A stretch of DNA of 43,439 nucleotides from a virus (lineage: Duplodnaviria > Heunggongvirae > Uroviricota > Caudoviricetes): the IMG/VR virus record IMGVR_UViG_2711768068_000024; one strand, 5' to 3'. Under the pieces are notes generated by a model. That model worked only from the letters and a program-made list of their open reading frames with translations, was not told the DNA's origin and did no database searches. Within the stretch, counting starts at the first letter, position 1, and each line of letters begins with the position of its first letter. A program made the translations under genes and the position numbers. Of the stretch, positions 1 to 9,608 are shown piece by piece.

Positions 1-483
1 ATGACGAAGAAAAAAGCACATAAACCTGGTTCAGCGACCATCGCGCTTAACAAGCGCGCCCGTCACGAATACTTTATCGAAGAAGAGTTCGAAGCGGGAC
101 TTGCCCTGCAAGGCTGGGAGGTTAAATCCCTGCGCGCAGGAAAAGCCAATATCAGCGACAGCTACGTCCTTCTGCGTGACGGAGAGGCATTTCTGTTTGG
201 CGCTAACATCACGCCAATGGCCGTGGCCTCCACGCATGTGGTGTGCGATCCTACCCGTACCCGCAAGTTACTTCTCAACCAACGCGAACTGGACTCATTG
301 TACGGTCGCGTCAATCGAGAAGGCTATACCGTAGTGGCGCTCTCCCTGTACTGGAAAAATGCCTGGTGCAAAGTGAAAATCGGCGTCGCCAAAGGTAAAA
401 AACAGCACGATAAACGTTCAGATATCAAAGAACGCGAATGGCAGGTGGATAAAGCACGTATCATGAAAAACGCCCACCGTTAA
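1..483 (+). CDS. smpB: SsrA-binding protein SmpB
   Basis: 160-aa ORF recognisable end to end as SmpB ([28 protein letters not shown]...); sits directly upstream of tmRNA as in enterobacteria. Confidence 0.95.
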
Positions 484-697
484 ACCTGCACTCCAATTAT
501 TGACCAGTTCCTCACCGCGCCTCCCTCTCCGGCGGCGCGAATGAACATCTTATTGGCTATCACATCCGACACAAATGTTGCCATCCCATTGCTTAATCGA
601 ATAAAAATCAGGCTACATGGGTGCTAAATCTTTAACGATAACGCCATTGAGGCTGGTCATGGCGCTCATAAATCTGGTATACTTACCTTTACACATT

Positions 698-1060
698 GGG
701 GCTGATTCTGGATTCGACGGGATTTGCGAAACCCAAGGTGCATGCCGAGGGGCGGTTGGCCTCGTAAAAAGCCGCAAAAAATAGTCGCAAACGACGAAAA
801 CTACGCTTTAGCAGCTTAATAACCTGCTTAGAGCCCTCTCTCCCTAGCCTCCGCTCTTAGGACGGGGATCAAGAGAGGTCAAACCCAAAAGAGATCGCGT
901 GGAAGCCCTGCCTGGGGTTGAAGCGTTAAAACTTAATCAGGCTAGTTTGTTAGTGGCGTGTCCGTCCGCAGCTGGCAAGCGAATGTAAAGACTGACTAAG
1001 CATGTAGTACCGAGGATGTAGGAATTTCGGACGCGGGTTCAACTCCCGCCAGCTCCACCA
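698..1060 (+). ncRNA. ssrA: tmRNA (SsrA), ~363 nt
   Basis: Begins GGGGCTGATTCTGGATTCGACGGG, contains the tag reading frame GCAAACGACGAAAACTACGCTTTAGCAGCTTAA (ANDENYALAA*), ends GGTTCAACTCCCGCCAGCTCCACCA. Confidence 0.95.
1016..1060. repeat. attL: 45-bp direct repeat (ssrA 3' end), left prophage junction
   Basis: ATGTAGGAATTTCGGACGCGGGTTCAACTCCCGCCAGCTCCACCA occurs identically at ~38005-38049; flanks diverge immediately outside both copies. Confidence 0.85.
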
Positions 1061-1070
1061 AATAAATCAA

Positions 1071-1103
1071 GGGGTTACGTGAAAGCGTAGCCCCTTTTTC
1101 TTT
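1071..1103 (+). terminator. Hairpin + T-tract just after tmRNA CCA end (phage-supplied ssrA terminator)
   Basis: GGGGTTACG-tgaaag-CGTAGCCCC followed by TTTTTCTTT. Confidence 0.5.
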
Positions 1104-1118
1104 GGTAGTGGCGGCAAA

Positions 1119-1157
1119 ATGGCGACAGACTTTTGCGTCCATCTTGCCTGTCGCCAT
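1119..1157. promoter_or_regulatory. 10-bp perfect inverted repeat (ATGGCGACAG ... CTGTCGCCAT, 19-bp spacer) upstream of the BRCT gene; candidate operator
   Basis: Palindrome arms read directly; lies ~30-65 bp upstream of the 1184 start codon; no T-tract so not a terminator. Confidence 0.3.
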
Positions 1158-1183
1158 CTTGAAATCATGCAAAGAGGTTTCAC

Positions 1184-1666
1184 ATGGAAGAACTTCACTT
1201 TGTTTACATCAATGCAAATGGTCGTATCGGTGTTCACTCTATACAGAGCATCAGTTATAGCGAAAATCATATACAGGGCATTTGTAAGAACACCGATCGA
1301 ATAAAAACCTTCCGAAAAGACCGCATTCTTAAACAATACGATTCACCAGAACAAGCCATTCAGGAATGCGCGTCATTCCTCCCCGAAAACTACTCACATC
1401 TCACTAAGCAGTCTGGTCCGAAAAAAAATACATTCGATGTGTGTTTCACCGGATTTAAGAAAGCAGATAAAAAAAGATTGGTTGATAAGGCGAATGAACA
1501 AGGATTAACGGTAAGAACCTCTGTAACCCAAAGCCTTCAGATGCTCTGTTGCGGTTACAATGCAGGCCCATCAAAAGTATCGGCAGCCAGGATGAAAGGC
1601 ACAATCATCATAGATGAGCCTGGCTTTATACATTTTCTTGAAACGGGTGAGATCCCAGATGAATAA
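1184..1666 (+). CDS. Small protein with C-terminal BRCT-like domain, function unknown
   Basis: 160-aa ORF with AAAGAGG RBS 8 nt upstream; C-terminal ~80 aa (FDVCFTGFKKADKKRLVDKANEQGLTV...GTIIIDEPGFIHFL) matches the BRCT pattern known from NAD-ligase C-termini; AT-rich. Confidence 0.6.
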   Translation: MEELHFVYINANGRIGVHSIQSISYSENHIQGICKNTDRIKTFRKDRILKQYDSPEQAIQECASFLPENYSHLTKQSGPKKNTFDVCFTGFKKADKKRLVDKANEQGLTVRTSVTQSLQMLCCGYNAGPSKVSAARMKGTIIIDEPGFIHFLETGEIPDE

Positions 1667-1692
1667 AAACCTGCCGTAGCAGGTTCTCTTTC

Positions 1693-1908
1693 TCAAAAAT
1701 TCATATGCCCCTGACCACCTGGCAATGGATGTGGAGGAGCAGTAGCAATCAGTGCGGGTGTCACAATAAACCGGACCACTGTTTCATGAGTAACAAAAGT
1801 GCTCCCGCAGTTAATATTTTGGCACTGGCAGTAACGCTCTTTGGTGCTTTCAGTTACTTGAAAACTGCTCCTTGTGTGTGCCGCATGACCACACTTTGGA
1901 CAATTCAT
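1693..1908 (-). CDS. ogr: Ogr/B/delta-family zinc-finger late-gene activator
   Basis: MNCPKCGHAAHTRSS...ERYCQCQNINCGSTF is the Ogr C-x2-C...C-x4-C pattern; start taken at the internal Met of the 87-aa track ORF (1693..1956). Confidence 0.8.
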   Translation of the reverse strand: MNCPKCGHAAHTRSSFQVTESTKERYCQCQNINCGSTFVTHETVVRFIVTPALIATAPPHPLPGGQGHMNF

Positions 1909-1979
1909 CATATCCAGATCCCTACCTTTGCTATCAGAATCATTGTAATGATACACAAAATATCAATATTGAGAACCAT

Positions 1980-3080
1980 TTATTCCATTTCAAGATCATC
2001 AATCTTCACTTCGAGTTCAATACTGGTTGTAAAACCGTTATCCGGGCTGACGGTATGTGTCAGAGTCGTAATGGTCCATTCCGCATCATCTATCGGCTGT
2101 TTAAAACCACTGACCTTCACAGGCATTTCCGTGTAGAGATCTGCCCGCCCTTCTGCCAGTTGTAGCGAAAATGACGCAACGCCGCGTTGCAGGCGTTCCC
2201 ACTGCATTTTCGCCGCTCGTTCGGCGTTGCTCCGGTTGGCATAAGTGCGATTAAGTACCAGCACGTTTTCATCCGTACCCACCAGGTAATCGCCCTGCTT
2301 CGCTTCTGGCTCTTTCTTCTGCTTCTTAGTTCTGCGCTTACGCTTCACCGTGGTGCTTTCTTTCTTCGCAGGTTCGCGGGTATGCAACCAGCTGGCAATT
2401 ACGCCCGTGTAGGCTCCGCGATCTGCCAGGGTAAATCGGTGACTGTCGCCGTCCTTGCGTGTGATAGTGATCACTGGCAGAGGTTTACCAGTGGCGCTTT
2501 TGCCCTGCCCCTGCCGGATGAATAACAGATTGCCATTTTTCACCGACGCGATGGCACCGTACTGTCGCGCCAGCCGCATCAGAAAACTGCCGTCACTCTC
2601 ATTAGTCTGGTCTATATGCTCCACGGGCTTATCCGACAGGTCTTTACCCAGTGCCATCTTCAGCTTGTGCCGCGCGGCTATTTCCTTCACCACTTCCCCG
2701 ACGGTGGTCTTATGCCACGATTTTTCACGGCGGGTATTCAGCGTTTCCCGAAAATCAGCACTTCGCGCCCGGATAGTCAGGCGGTCCGGTACGCCAGTGT
2801 GTTCAATCTCGTCCACTGTGAATGCCCCTTTCGGGAAAAGCGGCTGCCCCTTCCAGCCCAGCGCCAGCGTAATGACCGCACCACGGCGCGGCAGCACGAT
2901 TTTTCCGTCAGCGTCATCCAGCTCCAGATCAAGCTGGTCCGCTTCAAAGCCCCGGTTATCCGTCAGCGTCAGACTCATCAGGCGGTTATCCAGCACAGTG
3001 GTGATATCCCTGCCCTCAATACTGATGCTGAATGCGGGAGTTTTGTTGCCTTTGTTAAGCAGTTCAGAGCTGAAATTCAC
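1980..3080 (-). CDS. Tail protein gpD
   Basis: 366-aa ORF at the P2 gene D position (after U, before ogr). Confidence 0.8.
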   Translation of the reverse strand: MNFSSELLNKGNKTPAFSISIEGRDITTVLDNRLMSLTLTDNRGFEADQLDLELDDADGKIVLPRRGAVITLALGWKGQPLFPKGAFTVDEIEHTGVPDRLTIRARSADFRETLNTRREKSWHKTTVGEVVKEIAARHKLKMALGKDLSDKPVEHIDQTNESDGSFLMRLARQYGAIASVKNGNLLFIRQGQGKSATGKPLPVITITRKDGDSHRFTLADRGAYTGVIASWLHTREPAKKESTTVKRKRRTKKQKKEPEAKQGDYLVGTDENVLVLNRTYANRSNAERAAKMQWERLQRGVASFSLQLAEGRADLYTEMPVKVSGFKQPIDDAEWTITTLTHTVSPDNGFTTSIELEVKIDDLEME

Positions 3081-3562
3081 GACAGCAGCCCTCCCACCGT
3101 TTTACTGATATCGCTTAAGGCAGACGTTGCCGTGTCCTGCAGATTATTCAGTTGCGCACTGAGATCACCGAACATATCGGACAGGGATTCATCCACTCGT
3201 TTGAGCGACAGGGTGAACTCAATCCGGCGCGGCATACCGTCGCGGAAAAACTCCGTTTTAGTCTGATTCAGTCCCTCAATCACATACATGCCGTAAATCG
3301 TGCCGCTGCCTTCAATCAGGGGCCATGCTTTCCCCTGTTCTGCCATCTGCTCCAGTGCCAGCAACGACAGCCTGCCGCCTGTTATCTCCGGCATAAGAAC
3401 ACCAGAAAGCGTCAGCATGTCGTTTTCCGGTCCCAGAAACTGCGTGGACGGACGTCGGTTTACCCGACTGTTTGCCGCATGTCGCCAGCTGCGTTGATAC
3501 TGCAGTTCCTGATACGGAACGGTGCGCAGCATAAACACGTACAATCCCAGCACCATCATCAT
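3077..3562 (-). CDS. Tail protein gpU
   Basis: 161-aa ORF, 4-nt overlap with D and T, P2 synteny. Confidence 0.8.
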   Translation of the reverse strand: MMMVLGLYVFMLRTVPYQELQYQRSWRHAANSRVNRRPSTQFLGPENDMLTLSGVLMPEITGGRLSLLALEQMAEQGKAWPLIEGSGTIYGMYVIEGLNQTKTEFFRDGMPRRIEFTLSLKRVDESLSDMFGDLSAQLNNLQDTATSALSDISKTVGGLLS

Positions 3563-6500
3563 GCGTCGTATCCCCCCTGATCGCTGTAGTTACTCCTGGC
3601 TTTTGCCTTCAGCCTGCGTTCACGTTCATCAAGCTGGCGTGCCACCTCCCGCGCAATATCCTGCGCACTTTGTCCTGGCTGCGTCTGAATGATGATCTGC
3701 GTCGGTGCCTCAATCCGTTGAACGAGTGGCACAGTGGCTGCGCGACTCACCATCGCTTCACCGCCTTTCGCGGGAAGTGCCAAAGGGTGCAGCGGTGGAA
3801 GCTCTGCTGGCGCGGCAGCAACGCCCATCATTCCGGCAACAACGGCAGCCAGTGCAGCTGTATTTCTCCGGCTGGTCACATTTGCCGGGCCGTTAACAAT
3901 TTCCGGCCCGTTTTCACCGACGATGCCAAACTGCCCGCGCGGGATATACCCGCCGCTGTCATACATCCCCGCAAAGCCATATCCCCATGATGGAAAACCA
4001 CCCGATGGCATCATCACTTTACCGTCTGCATTCACCGTCGCAGGTTGCTGACGCGTCACGCTTTCCGGCAGTTTTGCCTTTGCGGCCTCTTTACTGACAA
4101 TACCGAGCTTCTCCAGCAACCAGGAAACGCCGGATTTCAGGGAGTCCAGCGGATGCATGACCATATTCAGCCCTTCCGCCAGTGCCTCCCCGAATCGCCG
4201 CCCCATTGCCGCTGCACTCTGCAGTTCGGCAGAGGTCGACTTAACGGGCGTCAGCAGATCAGTAAACCAGCCCCACAGCGCCTGTACATTGTCGCTAATC
4301 CACTGAAACACAGGCTTAAGTGGTTCGAATGCAGCACTGATGGGACCTGCCGCCGCTTTGAATCCTTCCACCACGCCACCGAGAAATGCGGTGATGGGTT
4401 GCCAGTATTTCCAGACAACCAGCGCCACGCCCGCCAGTGCAGTAACCACAAGACCTATCGGACTGAGCAGAGCACCTAACAGACCAGATATGGCATACAG
4501 GGCAACGCGCAGCATCGCCAGCGGACCAGATGCAAGCACACGAAGCACCGCGCCTGCGGCAGCCAGCCCACCGCGCAGAACCGCCAGAGGATTCATAAAC
4601 ATCACAGCAACAGCACGTAAAGCGGATAATCCAGACCGCAATAGTGCAACCGGCGCACCTGCTACAGTTTTCAGGACATTTCCCGTCAGTGATGCCGTAC
4701 GGCGCAAAGACGACAACGGCGCAGTAAGTAAACCCGCTGCGTTACACGATGAAGCAAGCCCGCGTCGCAGCACTGCCAGTGGAGCGCCAGCCAGCCAGGA
4801 CAACGCGCTGCTGGTTCGTGTTACTGCTGCCGTAACGGAAGGTAACGTTTTGATGCCCAGCACAGAGAATCCCAGACGGATGACTGCCAGCGGCCCCAGC
4901 ACTGCAGCCAGCGCCACAGCCAAGGTGCCGAGGCCTACGGTAACCGCAGCCACCACAGCTGCTACTTTCATCAGTGTGCCTGTCAGTTCCGGGTTAGCTT
5001 CCACCCAGCGGCGCAACGCCCCCGTGATGCTTTTCACCGTGTACAGAATATCCATCAGCGGCTGGCGCAGCGTTTCGCCCAGGCTGCTGAAGGTGTTCTG
5101 CGCTCCGGTTTTGACCAGCAACCACTGCGCAGAAAGTGAGTCCTTGTTAATGTCGGATTCTTTCTGCATGGAGCCGAGCGCATCATTGCCCGCTGTCAGT
5201 TTTAGCTGGCGCTGCAGTTCCGGCAGGTTGTTTGCCAGTTTCGCCGCGTCATCGCCAAACTCTTTACCAAACAACATGGTCATGGCAGACAGACGTTTAT
5301 CCTGCGGCAGTGCGTTCACCTTCTCCAGTACGCGCTGGATAGTTCCCATCGCATCCTTCGTCATCTGCTTTTCAATCACTTCAGGATTGAGTTTCAGCAG
5401 ATTCATCCCTTCAAAGAAACTCTTGCTTTGCATGGTGGCAATGGACAATTCACGCACCATCGCGTTTGCTGCACTGGCTGCAACCTCCGGCGCAGCGCCC
5501 AGTGTCAGAAAGGTGGAACCCAGTGCCGCCGCTTTACGATAATCCAGACGGTCAGCCACACCGCCCAGACGTTGCATCACATCAATGATGTCCGCCCCTT
5601 TCGACATGGCGTTATCATCCAGATAGTTCAGCGCATCGCCGAGCTGTTCAATATTGCGGGTAGGTATTTTGTAGAGCTGGGCGATTTTCCCCAGACTTTC
5701 TGACAGTTCATCCGCTGGCAGCTCAAAGGCTGTTGCCGCCTTTGCTGCCGTACTGGCGAAGGCCAGCAGGTCACGTTTCTGGTCCTCCCAGCTGTCGTCA
5801 GGGTTTGCGACATTCATGCGCGCCCCACCTTCAACCAGTGCAGCGAAATCCACCGCACCGTTTTCCATCGGCAACTGTTCGCTGGCAGCCTTGATGGCAT
5901 CCTGCATTTCATAAAAACGTGCAGTGCGGTTGCCATTATCGTCACGCAGACCATTGACCTGCTTTGCCACACCTTTCATGGCATCTTCCATGCTGGTATA
6001 GCTTTTTACTGCCGCCATCACTGGCGTCCCCATTGCCAGCCCTGCCGCCGTGGTGGTGGCTCCGGTTCCTGCGATGCGATCGCGCACCTCCAGCGAACGG
6101 GCATAACTGGCACGCGCTGCATTCATCCTGCGCTGAGCTTCCCCCAGTCGCTTCAGCCGCGCCTCCTGTTTCGACAGTTCCTGGTTATAACGTGATGTTT
6201 CACGGGCTAAACGGGCAGTTGCTCCCGCATCATCTTTCGCAGAAATTCCCGCCCGGTACAGTTCAGCACGCACAAGCGCCGTTTGCTTCTGCAAATATTT
6301 TTGTTGTTCTTCCAGGCGTTGGACTGCCAGCGTTTGCCGACCTAAAGCCACAAGATGCCTTTGTGATGGTTGCTCCATCGCCTCCAGCTCAGAGCTAAGC
6401 AAATTAGCCTTCTGTCTGGCATAGTTCAGCCTGTCGCCTAACTTCTTGTTACCAGCCTGCAGCTTGCGAAATTTTTCCAGGCTGTTACCCACCTGATTGA

Positions 6501-6636
6501 GTTGCTTTAATGCGTCACGGGAGTTTCTGATTGCGCCAGCCAGCTCTTTCGAACTGGCCTGTGCAGCACGGAATGGGCGGGTGAGTTTGTCAACCGCATT
6601 AAGAATGACCTGCAGGCGCAGGTTGTTATCACTCAT
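3559..6636 (-). CDS. Tail tape measure protein gpT
   Basis: 1025-aa Ala/Leu-rich protein with central hydrophobic repeats, between E and U. Confidence 0.85.
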   Translation of the reverse strand: MSDNNLRLQVILNAVDKLTRPFRAAQASSKELAGAIRNSRDALKQLNQVGNSLEKFRKLQAGNKKLGDRLNYARQKANLLSSELEAMEQPSQRHLVALGRQTLAVQRLEEQQKYLQKQTALVRAELYRAGISAKDDAGATARLARETSRYNQELSKQEARLKRLGEAQRRMNAARASYARSLEVRDRIAGTGATTTAAGLAMGTPVMAAVKSYTSMEDAMKGVAKQVNGLRDDNGNRTARFYEMQDAIKAASEQLPMENGAVDFAALVEGGARMNVANPDDSWEDQKRDLLAFASTAAKAATAFELPADELSESLGKIAQLYKIPTRNIEQLGDALNYLDDNAMSKGADIIDVMQRLGGVADRLDYRKAAALGSTFLTLGAAPEVAASAANAMVRELSIATMQSKSFFEGMNLLKLNPEVIEKQMTKDAMGTIQRVLEKVNALPQDKRLSAMTMLFGKEFGDDAAKLANNLPELQRQLKLTAGNDALGSMQKESDINKDSLSAQWLLVKTGAQNTFSSLGETLRQPLMDILYTVKSITGALRRWVEANPELTGTLMKVAAVVAAVTVGLGTLAVALAAVLGPLAVIRLGFSVLGIKTLPSVTAAVTRTSSALSWLAGAPLAVLRRGLASSCNAAGLLTAPLSSLRRTASLTGNVLKTVAGAPVALLRSGLSALRAVAVMFMNPLAVLRGGLAAAGAVLRVLASGPLAMLRVALYAISGLLGALLSPIGLVVTALAGVALVVWKYWQPITAFLGGVVEGFKAAAGPISAAFEPLKPVFQWISDNVQALWGWFTDLLTPVKSTSAELQSAAAMGRRFGEALAEGLNMVMHPLDSLKSGVSWLLEKLGIVSKEAAKAKLPESVTRQQPATVNADGKVMMPSGGFPSWGYGFAGMYDSGGYIPRGQFGIVGENGPEIVNGPANVTSRRNTAALAAVVAGMMGVAAAPAELPPLHPLALPAKGGEAMVSRAATVPLVQRIEAPTQIIIQTQPGQSAQDIAREVARQLDERERRLKAKARSNYSDQGGYDA

Positions 6637-6762
6637 CGTTGGCCCCGCATCTCTGAATCGCTTTATACCGCCATTCCAGCACTTCGGTCAGCGGCATAAC
6701 GTCAGTAACGGATGGCGGCCAGTGAAAAATGGTGGCGATATCTGCCACCAGATCGTCAACCG

Positions 6763-7065
6763 TCAGGCTGTCGGTAAACCGGCAAGCACCGACTTCTTCA
6801 ACAAAAAAGTGACAACCTCAACCGACATGGCTGTGAGATCTGCCGGGTCCATCTCTGCGATTTCCTGTGCAGTCAGTGCCGGACTGGAGATGCGGGGGAT
6901 CACGGTCATCATCGCGTTCACATCCATATCCATAATGGCCTGCAGGCGTGTGCCGCGCAGCGCACCAGACTGCGGTTTACGCAACACAATTTCGGTAATT
7001 TCTGTTTTACCGCGCATGATGGGGGTATCCAGTTGAATGGTCTTTTCAGTCTGTTTATCGCTCAT
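6763..7065 (-). CDS. Tail assembly chaperone gpE (E+E' by -1 frameshift)
   Basis: 100-aa ORF upstream of T; contains TTTTTTG slippery heptamer near its 3' end; the -1 frame stays open across the E-T gap. Confidence 0.75.
   Translation of the reverse strand: MSDKQTEKTIQLDTPIMRGKTEITEIVLRKPQSGALRGTRLQAIMDMDVNAMMTVIPRISSPALTAQEIAEMDPADLTAMSVEVVTFLLKKSVLAGLPTA
6802..6808 (-). other. Programmed -1 frameshift slippery heptamer T-TTT-TTG (E/E')
   Basis: Codons ACT TTT TTG (..VTFLLKK..) of gpE; position matches the P2 E/E' frameshift site. Confidence 0.5.
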
Positions 7066-7119
7066 TTTGTTGTCCTGTAAATTAGGTTCTGGCGCGGCAT
7101 TCCGCGCCGTTCAGATACA

Positions 7120-7635
7120 TCAGAGGCCGAGGGCGTTGCGGTGCGCTTCCATCAGGTCCACACCGTCCACAATTTCCACCATGTTGATAAGGTCAACTTC
7201 ATAGAGCACCTCACCATTGATGGTCAGCTTCGCGTAGCTGTTGGTACTGGTCACTTTGGTAGTGTTGCTTTCGCCCGTCTTCCACTCGCCGGAATCCACT
7301 TCTTTGTGACGTCCACGCACGACAAGCTCCACGGCCTGCACTTCCCCGGTATCGTCACGCTGGATAGAGCCGGTAAAGCGCAGCTGGATGCCATCCACCG
7401 TGGATTTGCCCATCTGCTTAAACAGCAGCAGTTCAGTACCACCAATGGAAAATTCTGTATCCAGTGCACTGTCATCCAGTCCCAGATCCACATCCACCGC
7501 CCCCGGCATACCGCCGCCGCGATACTTCTCATATTTGCGGGTGAATTTCGGCAGCGTCAGCGACTCAACGATCCCCTGCCAGTTGTTCCCGTCGTTAAAC
7601 AAGTTCAGATGTTTTAATTTGCGTGGTAAAGCCAT
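7120..7635 (-). CDS. Tail tube protein gpFII
   Basis: 171-aa ORF directly downstream of the sheath gene. Confidence 0.85.
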   Translation of the reverse strand: MALPRKLKHLNLFNDGNNWQGIVESLTLPKFTRKYEKYRGGGMPGAVDVDLGLDDSALDTEFSIGGTELLLFKQMGKSTVDGIQLRFTGSIQRDDTGEVQAVELVVRGRHKEVDSGEWKTGESNTTKVTSTNSYAKLTINGEVLYEVDLINMVEIVDGVDLMEAHRNALGL

Positions 7636-7644
7636 GTTGTCCCC

Positions 7645-8817
7645 TTACGCGCTGACCTGGCTGGCGAAATTCACCAGGTACTGATCGGTGATGCGCTGGC
7701 GCAGCATCAGATTTTCAAGTGGCGGCACTGGCGTGTAGTCATAGTCGATGGTGAGTTTTCCGGCTTTCAGAGTGTCTTTGTCGTTCACCGACTCGTCCAG
7801 CCAGCAATCACCACCAATGAGATACCCCTGACTGACCAGGCTGCGCATTTTGGCGCGGATGCCCTCGATAATGTCGCGCGCCAGCGACGGGTTCAGCGGT
7901 TTGTCCACTGCCCACATGTGCGCTTCTGCCATTGTGTCCGTCAGCACCTGCGCCGTGCGGGTGTAGTTTTCGAAGGCAAAGAGCGGGTCATCACTCAGGC
8001 AGCGGGAACCCCAGAAGCGGAAACCGTCTTTACGCACAAGCGTAGTGACGTCGTTCTGGTTCAGCAGACCTGCATCGGTTGCCGGGTCCTGCAGATCCCA
8101 GAACACATCTGCAGAAATTCCGGTGACACCGTTCACGCCCACGTTGGACAGGCTTTTGTGCCACCCAGTCTGCTCATCAATTTTGGCACGCAGACCAAGC
8201 GCACGGGCGGTGGCATATGCCGTTGCTTCGGCATTCAGCACCGTGTCCCAGCCAGTAAAGTCGGGCCAGATCAGCATTCCTTCGCGCTGGCTGAAGTTTT
8301 CACGGTAAGTGATCGCCTCCTGCACCGTATTGCAGCCATACGCTGACAGGTAAGCAAACCCACGCAGGCTTTGCGCCACACTCAGCAACTCAGTAGCAAC
8401 GGCTTTGTTATCGTGACCTGGCACGCCGAGAATGCGCGGTTTAACGCCGAGCTGTGTCTGGGCAGATAACAGGGCTTTCATGCCTGTTTTTTTACCTTCA
8501 GCAGTCACTGCGCCGATGATATTGGTCGTGGTTTCTTCTTCCGTTTCACCCTGCGGCACACGCACAACAACGGTCACGGGTTTTGCCTGGTCAGCGATGG
8601 CATCCAGCGAACGGGCCAGCGTGCCGGACTCACCCGCTTTACCGCTGGCAGTCAGCACATCAGTGATCAGCACGGGTTTATTAAGAGGAAACATTTTTGC
8701 ATCGGCATCATCGCCCGTGCAGACCATACCCACGATGGCGGTGCTCACCGTGGTAATGGATCGGGTGCCTTCGTTGATTTCAACAACGCGCACCCCGTGG
8801 TGGTAATCCTGAGCCAT
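7645..8817 (-). CDS. Tail sheath protein gpFI
   Basis: 390-aa ORF, P2 FI-like size and position. Confidence 0.9.
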   Translation of the reverse strand: MAQDYHHGVRVVEINEGTRSITTVSTAIVGMVCTGDDADAKMFPLNKPVLITDVLTASGKAGESGTLARSLDAIADQAKPVTVVVRVPQGETEEETTTNIIGAVTAEGKKTGMKALLSAQTQLGVKPRILGVPGHDNKAVATELLSVAQSLRGFAYLSAYGCNTVQEAITYRENFSQREGMLIWPDFTGWDTVLNAEATAYATARALGLRAKIDEQTGWHKSLSNVGVNGVTGISADVFWDLQDPATDAGLLNQNDVTTLVRKDGFRFWGSRCLSDDPLFAFENYTRTAQVLTDTMAEAHMWAVDKPLNPSLARDIIEGIRAKMRSLVSQGYLIGGDCWLDESVNDKDTLKAGKLTIDYDYTPVPPLENLMLRQRITDQYLVNFASQVSA

Positions 8818-9608
8818 AGCGGCGAACCTCCTGATTGGATTAGGCTTCGCCCTATGTTGAAGTGATTGTGCCCGACAAACAGCTAAGTGTAGTTGTACAG
8901 TTATTCACACAAAATGACGGTATTTGTCTACTTGCAGGGATAATCAAAATTATGCTGATTCAGGGGATTCACTGCTCTTATTTGCCGGAAATTTTCTATA
9001 AATGGTAGAAATGCCCACATCAAAAATCAGTGCAATACGCTGTCTTGATTCTCCGGCCTCTAGTAAACGTCCAATCTGTGCCCACTGTTCGGTGGTCAAC
9101 TTAGGACGGCGTCCACCTACTCTGCCTTTGTCGCGAGCTGCAGCAATCCCCGCCCTGGTACGTTCAACTATCAGTTCGCGTTCCATTTCAGCCAGGGCAC
9201 CCATGACATGAAAAAAGAAACGGCCCATTGGGGTACTGGTATCAATACTGTCAGTCAGGCTTCGGAAATTCACGCCACGCTGGCGCAACTCTTCTATCAG
9301 CGTAACAAGATGCCGCATACTGCGTCCCAACCTGTCCAGCTTCCAGACAACCAGCGTGTCACCTGCCGATAGTGTCCTGAGTAGTTTTTTCAGCCCCGGT
9401 CTGTCGGACTTAGTGCCACTGATTTTGTCCTCAAAAATCCGCTCACATCCCGCACAGTTCAGTGCATTGCGTTGCAAATCGGTGTTCTGGTCATTTGTTG
9501 ACACGCGTACATAGCCAATAAGCATGATCATCCCCCTGAATAAAAACCGGAGATGATGCCAGTTAGCCGTTATCTCTGCATTTTCATAAACGTTGGTTTG
9601 GGAGAAGC
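8333..9608. repeat. Left copy of a 1276-bp perfect inverted repeat (5' 485 bp of sheath gene + invertase gene + crossover site)
   Basis: Mirror image of 11137..12412 (left + right coordinate = 20745); identical translations of invertase (193 aa) and sheath N-terminus (160 aa) in both copies; intergenic stretches compared by eye. Confidence 0.85.
8950..9531 (-). CDS. Serine DNA invertase (Hin/Gin/Cin/Pin family)
   Basis: 193 aa from MIMLIGYVRVSTNDQNTDLQ... (resolvase N-terminal catalytic Ser motif), C-terminal HTH; track ORF 8950..9624 has an unlikely N-terminal extension. Confidence 0.9.
   Translation of the reverse strand: MIMLIGYVRVSTNDQNTDLQRNALNCAGCERIFEDKISGTKSDRPGLKKLLRTLSAGDTLVVWKLDRLGRSMRHLVTLIEELRQRGVNFRSLTDSIDTSTPMGRFFFHVMGALAEMERELIVERTRAGIAAARDKGRVGGRRPKLTTEQWAQIGRLLEAGESRQRIALIFDVGISTIYRKFPANKSSESPESA

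Noticed and set aside
600-697. ssrA promoter elements
   Set aside because: A TATACT -10-like hexamer lies about 14 nt upstream of the mature 5' end, but I could not find a convincingly spaced -35, so I did not annotate a promoter.
1100-1183. Possible LexA box upstream of the attL-proximal gene (186 tum position)
   Set aside because: Looked for CTGT-N8-ACAG; only an ACAG...CTGT palindrome with a 19-bp spacer is present, which does not fit LexA geometry, and the protein is not DinI/Tum-like.
1067-1336. 89-aa minus-strand ORF spanning the attL junction
   Set aside because: It runs across the tmRNA terminator and overlaps the better-supported BRCT gene on the opposite strand; no RBS is evident.
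3670-5542. Long plus-strand ORFs (up to 400 aa) inside the tape-measure region
   Set aside because: They lie antisense to the 1025-aa gpT gene in GC-rich sequence; their Ala/Ser/Arg/Pro-rich low-complexity translations are typical of antisense frames, and gpT on the minus strand fits P2 synteny.
9002-9211. 69-aa ORF antisense to the invertase gene (also at 11534..11743)
   Set aside because: Entirely contained within the well-supported invertase coding sequence on the opposite strand in both repeat copies.
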